Shown here in pieces: positions 58,325 through 64,000 of a DNA stretch of 64,000 nucleotides (the first letter of the stretch is position 1; each line of letters opens with the position of its first letter). The translations under genes were made by a program, and so were the position numbers. The stretch comes from a virus. Where the stretch lies: positions 27,540 to 91,539 of the IMG/VR virus record IMGVR_UViG_3300028423_000904; one strand, written 5' to 3'. The notes beneath the pieces are model-generated. The model saw only the letters and a list, made by a program, of their open reading frames with translations, did not search any database and was not told the origin of the DNA.

Positions 58325-58597
58325 ATGGTAAAAAAGCGCACTAGAAGTATTCTTGAGGAAATTAGTCGTATTGACATCCACAAGGATAAAGAGCACTTTA
58401 TCGAAAGCAAGGCGAGTAATATTATCGCAGGAACAGAAAATTTATTAACACTAATTTCTGAAACTTACGATGAAGAAACTGCACATGACTTAACCAAGCG
58501 TCTTCTTAATGCCATACGCACCCAAGATCCTAAAAAATTCCAGCGAGGCATAAGAAAAATCAATGAAAGTAGGGGACATTCTAAGCGGGGGTCATAA
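58325..58597 (+). CDS. Hypothetical late protein
   Basis: After GATAAATA 58293-58300. Confidence 0.7.
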   Translation: MVKKRTRSILEEISRIDIHKDKEHFIESKASNIIAGTENLLTLISETYDEETAHDLTKRLLNAIRTQDPKKFQRGIRKINESRGHSKRGS

Positions 58598-59474
58598 ACG
58601 ACACAAGCGTCGAGGACCACGTCTTGGTAGAATAAAAGGAATCGAGCTTGCTCCAATAAAGCTTAAAGAAGGCGGACACATGGACGGTGTCGGCGCAATT
58701 CACATCTCAGAAATTAAACCGACACTGGCAGTTCTTGAACGTGAGTTGGGAATAGATTTAACCAACAATACGCTCGGCAGTGTTGGTAAAAAAGAATTTA
58801 GTGGCGATATTGATGTTGCCATAACACTTGAAGACGATCAGATTCCTGAGCTCATGAAAAAGCTTGATTCTATTGGTATCGTGGATGAAGTGAAAAAAGG
58901 TCCACTGGTGGTCCTTTCTCGTGTTGAAATTCAAAACTACCAAGAAGATCTTGAAACAGATCGTCCACGCACGGGTTATGTCCAAGTTGATTTCATGATT
59001 GACGAAGATCCTGAATGGCTCAAAACATTTTATCATTCACCAAGCGACAAAGAAAGCAAATACAAGGGTGCTTTTAGAAATATTGCCCTTGGTGCATTGA
59101 GCCAGTTCGTTGATAGACAAGAAAGCCAGGAAAAAACTGAAGACGGTCGTCCACTTGAGACTGAACGTTATATGTTTTCAAGCAAGAAAGGATTGGTTCG
59201 AGTTATCCGCCGTCCGGTTCCCAAGAAAAACGGCCAGGGCTATACCAAGAAAAATGATAATGAAGTAATTGACGGTCCATGGAAACGTGGTGATGAAATT
59301 GCAGAAAAACTCAGACTGGGAGATGTAAAGAATCTCAATAGCTTTGAAACTGTTTTTGATGCTATCAAAAAGAACCACGGTCCAGAAATTACAAAGAAAT
59401 TTTCTCGTGCTTTTGCAGCAGACCAAACCGTGCAATCCATGGGTATTCCAGACGAAATCAGGGAGTATCTATGA
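58563..59474 (+). CDS. Pol-beta superfamily nucleotidyltransferase
   Basis: LGSVGKK..SGDIDV (GS + DxD); third Asp in QVDFM. Confidence 0.75.
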   Translation: MKVGDILSGGHKRHKRRGPRLGRIKGIELAPIKLKEGGHMDGVGAIHISEIKPTLAVLERELGIDLTNNTLGSVGKKEFSGDIDVAITLEDDQIPELMKKLDSIGIVDEVKKGPLVVLSRVEIQNYQEDLETDRPRTGYVQVDFMIDEDPEWLKTFYHSPSDKESKYKGAFRNIALGALSQFVDRQESQEKTEDGRPLETERYMFSSKKGLVRVIRRPVPKKNGQGYTKKNDNEVIDGPWKRGDEIAEKLRLGDVKNLNSFETVFDAIKKNHGPEITKKFSRAFAADQTVQSMGIPDEIREYL

Positions 59475-60568
59475 GACTTCGTCAGCTATTAACAGAAGAA
59501 CGCAAGAAGATGGGACGAGACCTTAACCATGTCGAGGATCTTGTATTGTTCTATGGCAAAGAAGGTGCTGAAGAAGCTCTTGATATTCTATCCGACCTAA
59601 CAAACGATCAACAGCATGATATCAGTATCAAATGGGACGGCAAGGTTGCTATTTTTTATGGACGTGATGAAAATGGCGAGTTTGCAATGGGCACAAAAGG
59701 CAATTGGGCAAAAAACAATCCACTCAAATCACCCGAACAGGCTCGAGAATATATCACCCAGGGAGGCCAGGGAGAAGACTGGCGTCAAGCTATGGGCCAA
59801 GACTTTTACCAGATTTTCCCTTTATTAGAAGCTAGCGTCCCTTCTACATTTACTGGATTTGTTATGGGTGACTTGATTTATTCTCCCACCCTTGCACCTA
59901 AAAAGAAAACCAAACAAGGTATTGAGTTTACATCGAACCAAGTAACATATATTGTAAATCCCAACTCTGAAATTGGCAAGCGCATAGCAAATACAAAAGT
60001 AGGAGTGGCGTTACATGTGAAGCATGATGCTTGGAATAGTCCAAACAAAGCTGTTGTTGGAAAAGAAACAGTTCAACAATTAAACTCAGACGATGTTCTT
60101 GCAATGGGTCAGACATATGCACCCCATGCACCCAAGCTCGACCAGAACGTTTTACAAACCCTCAAGTCACTTATAAGCAAACACGGAAATTTAGTTGACG
60201 AGTTAATTGAACGCAAGCCCGGCTTGAGTGATATTCCAAATATACTATATACATATAACAACCAAACAGTTCGAGGCGGTGGAGAAGTTTCGACCAAAGA
60301 TTTCTTTAATTGGCTTCCTGGATCCAAAGTTAGTGCAAACAAGCAAGCCAAGTTGCAATCAATCAATGAGGAGAATCCTCGTGCCTTTCCAGCATTGTTT
60401 GAACTTTTCCATGCAGTTGCAAATGCTAAAAATGATATTATTGCACAATTGGATGCAAATGAAACTGATATTAGAGCAGTAACAGACGGCCAACCTGGCG
60501 GCGAAGGATACGTTAGTTTGAAACACAAGGTAAAATTGGTTCCACGTCATTTGTGGAAACCAAAGTAA
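59471..60568 (+). CDS. ATP-dependent ligase-like (RNA ligase / DUF6267-like) protein
   Basis: KWDG motif I, GDLIY, EGYV motif IV, K.KLV.R motif V. Confidence 0.7.
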   Translation: MRLRQLLTEERKKMGRDLNHVEDLVLFYGKEGAEEALDILSDLTNDQQHDISIKWDGKVAIFYGRDENGEFAMGTKGNWAKNNPLKSPEQAREYITQGGQGEDWRQAMGQDFYQIFPLLEASVPSTFTGFVMGDLIYSPTLAPKKKTKQGIEFTSNQVTYIVNPNSEIGKRIANTKVGVALHVKHDAWNSPNKAVVGKETVQQLNSDDVLAMGQTYAPHAPKLDQNVLQTLKSLISKHGNLVDELIERKPGLSDIPNILYTYNNQTVRGGGEVSTKDFFNWLPGSKVSANKQAKLQSINEENPRAFPALFELFHAVANAKNDIIAQLDANETDIRAVTDGQPGGEGYVSLKHKVKLVPRHLWKPK

Positions 60569-60584
60569 ATGGAGCAAGATCAAA

Positions 60585-61295
60585 ATGGATCTCAAAATCA
60601 TAAACCAGTTTAATGAAAGTTCACAGTATCGAAGCACCAGTGCTCTTAAACAGACCAATGCACGTGAAGTTTGCGACATGGCTTTCATGGATATGATTGC
60701 TATCTGGATCTTATTTAACGAATATGAATTTGCACCTGTTGCTCGTGCTTATGCAGAAAAAACAGCGACATTTAATCGTTTTGACAATTATAGACAGATG
60801 GGAACAGATCTTTACCTTAATTTGCATGTTATTACCCAAAAACGCACAGACCTATTAGGAGAAAGCGAAGCAGACGCCATGCTTTTGGACCGAGTAGAGC
60901 TTGACGTCAGGCAAGTAGTGCGTTATCTTAGACAAATAGGAAGAAACTCTTTGTCCCAAGCTCTGGCGCGACAATTCCTGCAACGTCAAGAGCAAGCTCT
61001 CCACATACAGAATTCAAACTATCGCTCTGTTAGGCGGCTAGCACAAAATTGGACCGAGTTGACAACATCACAAAAGAGAACAGTATTAACACGCATGACA
61101 TTTTTTTATAGAGCACATGCTCCACGCAGTGAGATGTTTAGATACATCAAACAATTAGCTGCGAAGAAAAATCTAGTTGATCCCGATGCAAGCAATCCAG
61201 AAAAGCCTGGAATTGCCAAAACAGCAGCGGCGGCAGCCGCAGCAGGTGCTGGTGGTTTTGCGGCAGGATGGAATCTTGGTAAAGGTCTTGTATGA
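60585..61295 (+). CDS. Hypothetical virion protein with Ala/Gly hydrophobic C-terminus
   Basis: GGAG RBS; AAAAAAAGAGGFAAG tail. Confidence 0.7.
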   Translation: MDLKIINQFNESSQYRSTSALKQTNAREVCDMAFMDMIAIWILFNEYEFAPVARAYAEKTATFNRFDNYRQMGTDLYLNLHVITQKRTDLLGESEADAMLLDRVELDVRQVVRYLRQIGRNSLSQALARQFLQRQEQALHIQNSNYRSVRRLAQNWTELTTSQKRTVLTRMTFFYRAHAPRSEMFRYIKQLAAKKNLVDPDASNPEKPGIAKTAAAAAAAGAGGFAAGWNLGKGLV

Positions 61296-61705
61296 CCCAA
61301 CAAATAGAAGCGTTTACGCTTGTTGATATAACAAACACAGGTATTGTTCGTGTTTGTGATAACAATAAAAAAGAATATCATCAGCAACAAAACCTTAATG
61401 CTCTTTTGCAGACTATTAGTCTGAGATCACAGCCCCTTGAACCTATTGTCAAAATAATTGATGATGCTGATCTAAAACAATATGATTTTGATGACATTTA
61501 TGGCAATGGTCCACATCGTGTCTGGAAGCTTCGTTTTTATGTAGAGCATGATGTTCCTTGGACTGATGGACAGGATGACCTTGCATTTTTAAAATCTGAT
61601 ACACATGGCATTGCAATAACAAGCGACTTGGATAACACCGCAGAATTTGATGTGAATATGTTTGATACGCACAACAAGCGCAATATCTATTTCATCATGA
61701 GTTAA
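61292..61705 (+). CDS. Hypothetical protein
   Basis: ATGA coupling; FTLVDITNTG. Confidence 0.7.
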   Translation: MTQQIEAFTLVDITNTGIVRVCDNNKKEYHQQQNLNALLQTISLRSQPLEPIVKIIDDADLKQYDFDDIYGNGPHRVWKLRFYVEHDVPWTDGQDDLAFLKSDTHGIAITSDLDNTAEFDVNMFDTHNKRNIYFIMS

Positions 61706-61759
61706 CTGGCTATCTAATTCTTGCGCTAACCCATATAAATATTGACGTAGGGAGAGCGC

Positions 61760-62065
61760 ATGTCAAAAAACAATGCACCATTTAATAGTGAGTTGGAAAA
61801 AACCAACCTCGAAGTTCACGTTGATATGTCTAGACAACGTTACTTGATGCTCTCTGAAAAAGTAGAAACACTAGATGAGCGCATGGATGCAATGATAATT
61901 GAACTGGCTGATTTTAGAAAAGAACATTCAAAAAACATGACACAGCTAAGAGAAGAAAATGCGCTCAATACACAAGGCACACATAAATTATTCGTAGGAG
62001 CCGCAGCAACAATTATTGGTGGATTGTTAAGCACAATCGTGGTTCTATTAATCGCCTTTATCTGA
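61760..62065 (+). CDS. Coiled-coil protein with C-terminal TM helix
   Basis: Late promoter TATAAATA 61734; GGAG RBS; hydrophobic C-terminus. Confidence 0.7.
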   Translation: MSKNNAPFNSELEKTNLEVHVDMSRQRYLMLSEKVETLDERMDAMIIELADFRKEHSKNMTQLREENALNTQGTHKLFVGAAATIIGGLLSTIVVLLIAFI

Positions 62066-62148
62066 TCACTCAGCACTACTTCAAGGAGCACCATCTCACG
62101 ATGGTGATTTCTTGGTTTCAAATCGATAAATATCCTAAAGGATGAATC

Positions 62149-62433
62149 ATGAAATTAAATGATATCACAGGAGAATCAGATAGTCTAGTTGAAACCAAGA
62201 TGGTCTGGGCTCGCAAGGGAAAGAAAGTTGCTCGTAAATTTCGTTGCACGTTCGGTAAACGTAAAGGACGAGTGGTTAGCGATCCAAGCCAGTGCAATAA
62301 GCCTGTTGATATGAAAAAGCGTTTCACACTGCGTCGAACAAAAGCTCAGAAGGGATCACGCATGACCCGTAAAGCATCAAGAACAAAGCGCACGAATCCG
62401 GCAAGCAAAATGGTTAGGGCATTGAACAAATGA
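62149..62433 (+). CDS. Small very basic late protein
   Basis: K/R-rich after acidic N-terminal MKLNDITGESDSLVE; late promoter 62125. Confidence 0.7.
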   Translation: MKLNDITGESDSLVETKMVWARKGKKVARKFRCTFGKRKGRVVSDPSQCNKPVDMKKRFTLRRTKAQKGSRMTRKASRTKRTNPASKMVRALNK

Positions 62434-62918
62434 AGTTATTTGAAGACATAGATGAATTGGGCGGAAGTATTCACGATGCTATTCAAAAGATAGTCAATGA
62501 TTTGTTTCGTGAAGAACTAGACGATGATGAAATTGATGAAATTGTCAATGATTTAAGCTTGAGTGATATGCTTAACCTTGATCGAGCATACACAGAAAAA
62601 GACCGAGAAGCTATTCGTGATATTCTTGGTCCGCTACCGCAACTAGACGAATATTCAATGGGACAGGGACGAAAAGCAACCAGTTCAGCAGCTGAACGCC
62701 CATCGCCGAGCCGTCGAGAGCCCGCTGGTAGTGAAAAGAAGTCAGGCAGTGGCAATGGTGTTCAAACAAACCGTAATTACTCGGGCGGTGTTCAGACTAC
62801 TCAAAACATTGGTAGCGATGAAGAAGACAGTCCAGAAAAAGTAATGAAAGACCAAGAGCCAAAAGAAAATGTTCTAGAAATGTTATCCTGGCTTCAGCGT
62901 CGAGCAGGAATTAAGTAA
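62430..62918 (+). CDS. Acidic hypothetical head protein
   Basis: MKLFED start; C-terminal WLQRRAGIK. Confidence 0.7.
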   Translation: MKLFEDIDELGGSIHDAIQKIVNDLFREELDDDEIDEIVNDLSLSDMLNLDRAYTEKDREAIRDILGPLPQLDEYSMGQGRKATSSAAERPSPSRREPAGSEKKSGSGNGVQTNRNYSGGVQTTQNIGSDEEDSPEKVMKDQEPKENVLEMLSWLQRRAGIK

Positions 62919-63136
62919 TGCGTTCAGTTTTGACAAAAGGTGGTATTCCAACTTTCGTATCAAAGATTGAATATGACTTTCTTGAAAGCATGGGAGATGC
63001 TATATACAAGAAAGACTTAAATGAACATCAAGCTGAAATGGCCAAGATGTTAACAGGGCGTGGTGTCCTACAAAGATTCAAGGACGCAGACCAAGGGATC
63101 TATTATCTTAGAAACCAGAATAAAGGAATAGAGTAA
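62918..63136 (+). CDS. Hypothetical protein
   Basis: TAATG coupling. Confidence 0.65.
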   Translation: MRSVLTKGGIPTFVSKIEYDFLESMGDAIYKKDLNEHQAEMAKMLTGRGVLQRFKDADQGIYYLRNQNKGIE

Positions 63137-63312
63137 TGGTCGTTCCAGTGTGGCAAATTTGCCCTAAATGCCGTCGTCACTTCGAAGGTTCAGGTGCTGT
63201 TGGCGATCCATGCCCGACATGCATGGGATTGGATGAAGCTGGACTTCAAGAGGCACTCAACCAAATGTATTATCAAGAGGAAGAGAACAATGACAGACAA
63301 ATCACAAGTTGA
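63136..63312 (+). CDS. Small Zn-ribbon protein (58 aa)
   Basis: MVVPVWQICPKC...PCPTC; TAATG coupling, AAGGA RBS; not in ORF track. Confidence 0.65.
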   Translation: MVVPVWQICPKCRRHFEGSGAVGDPCPTCMGLDEAGLQEALNQMYYQEEENNDRQITS

Positions 63313-63919
63313 TGCAATGGAGAATATCCTAGGAAAACTAGGACAAATTGAGAGCGGAGAAACGCCCTCTAAAACACCAAAACAGCCTGGTCAACACGAA
63401 GACCCAACATCTAAAGCAGCACAGACTGAAGCAATGGCCTCAGTATTAGAAAAACTACAAGCTGCATCCGGATCAGCAGCTCAAGAAATCGTTACCGAAA
63501 GCCAGAATGAACCTGACCTTGGGTTTGCAGTTCAAGCTGAACGCACGGAAACTGGTGTTACAGTTTCAAAATATGATATTCGTGCGGAAAAGAAAACAGT
63601 GAATGAAGGTCTCAAGAAAACTTTTTATAATGTAATTGATAACCGCAGTGGCGATATCATTTATGAAGATCTTGGACTGTTTGAAAGTGCAATGGGTATT
63701 GTAAAGCACTTGCTTTATACAAAGAATAATAATAAATTAAATCGTCTCGTCGACTTGGATCGTGAATATGTGAGCTCGGTCCTTGAAACCCACGGACACA
63801 AGCACCGCCTTGGTCGAATGAATGAAAGCTCAACCAAGTATGATGTTACCAGTGCAAAATATTCAAATGCAAAATCACGTATGCAAGCGGCCAAGGTTAA
63901 AATTCTCAAAGCCTTGTAA
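63290..63919 (+). CDS. Hypothetical virion protein
   Basis: Start MTDKSQ with GAGG RBS. Confidence 0.7.
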   Translation: MTDKSQVDAMENILGKLGQIESGETPSKTPKQPGQHEDPTSKAAQTEAMASVLEKLQAASGSAAQEIVTESQNEPDLGFAVQAERTETGVTVSKYDIRAEKKTVNEGLKKTFYNVIDNRSGDIIYEDLGLFESAMGIVKHLLYTKNNNKLNRLVDLDREYVSSVLETHGHKHRLGRMNESSTKYDVTSAKYSNAKSRMQAAKVKILKAL

Positions 63920-63964
63920 ACAAGGGTTTCGCATAAATACATTATAGAAAAACGGAGATCTGAA

Positions 63965-64000
63965 ATGATTCTTAAAGAATTTACAACACACGGGCAAAGT
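63965..64000 (+). CDS. 5' end of late gene (MILKEF...), runs off window
   Basis: CATAAATA 63932; GGAG RBS. Confidence 0.6.
   Translation, partial: MILKEFTTHGQS

Overview
This 64 kb window is from a large T4-superfamily (jumbo-type) myophage, probably infecting an alphaproteobacterium (inferred, not proven). 1-15.6 kb (+): tail sheath, a MotA/ExbB-ExbD-like membrane operon, two tail-tube-like genes, head completion nuclease, terminase, GNAT, gp32 SSB, UvsX and UvsY. 15.6-18.8 kb (+): a decayed GIY-YIG homing endonuclease and an early island with sigma70 promoters and an AAA ATPase. 18.8-49.0 kb (-): a 30 kb late-promoter-driven cluster of virion appendage genes, including 11 paralogues of one ~330 aa family, two 17-aa-repeat proteins, and fibre/adaptor/tip genes that share short interface motifs. 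49-58.3 kb (+): a candidate sRNA, UvsW, a stand-alone capsid (gol-like) fragment, a minimal DnaE, a PhyH-like dioxygenase, primase and helicase. 58.3-64 kb (+): late genes including a nucleotidyltransferase next to a ligase-like gene. The best candidate for a new system is the appendage cluster, where repeat 'string' proteins may each donate beta-strands to many different lectin-like 'bead' paralogues. Other candidates are the phage-encoded ExbBD/MotAB-like motor, an anti-SD sRNA, systematic leaderless mRNAs and the gol-like mini gene. All product calls come from motif recognition only; no searches were run.
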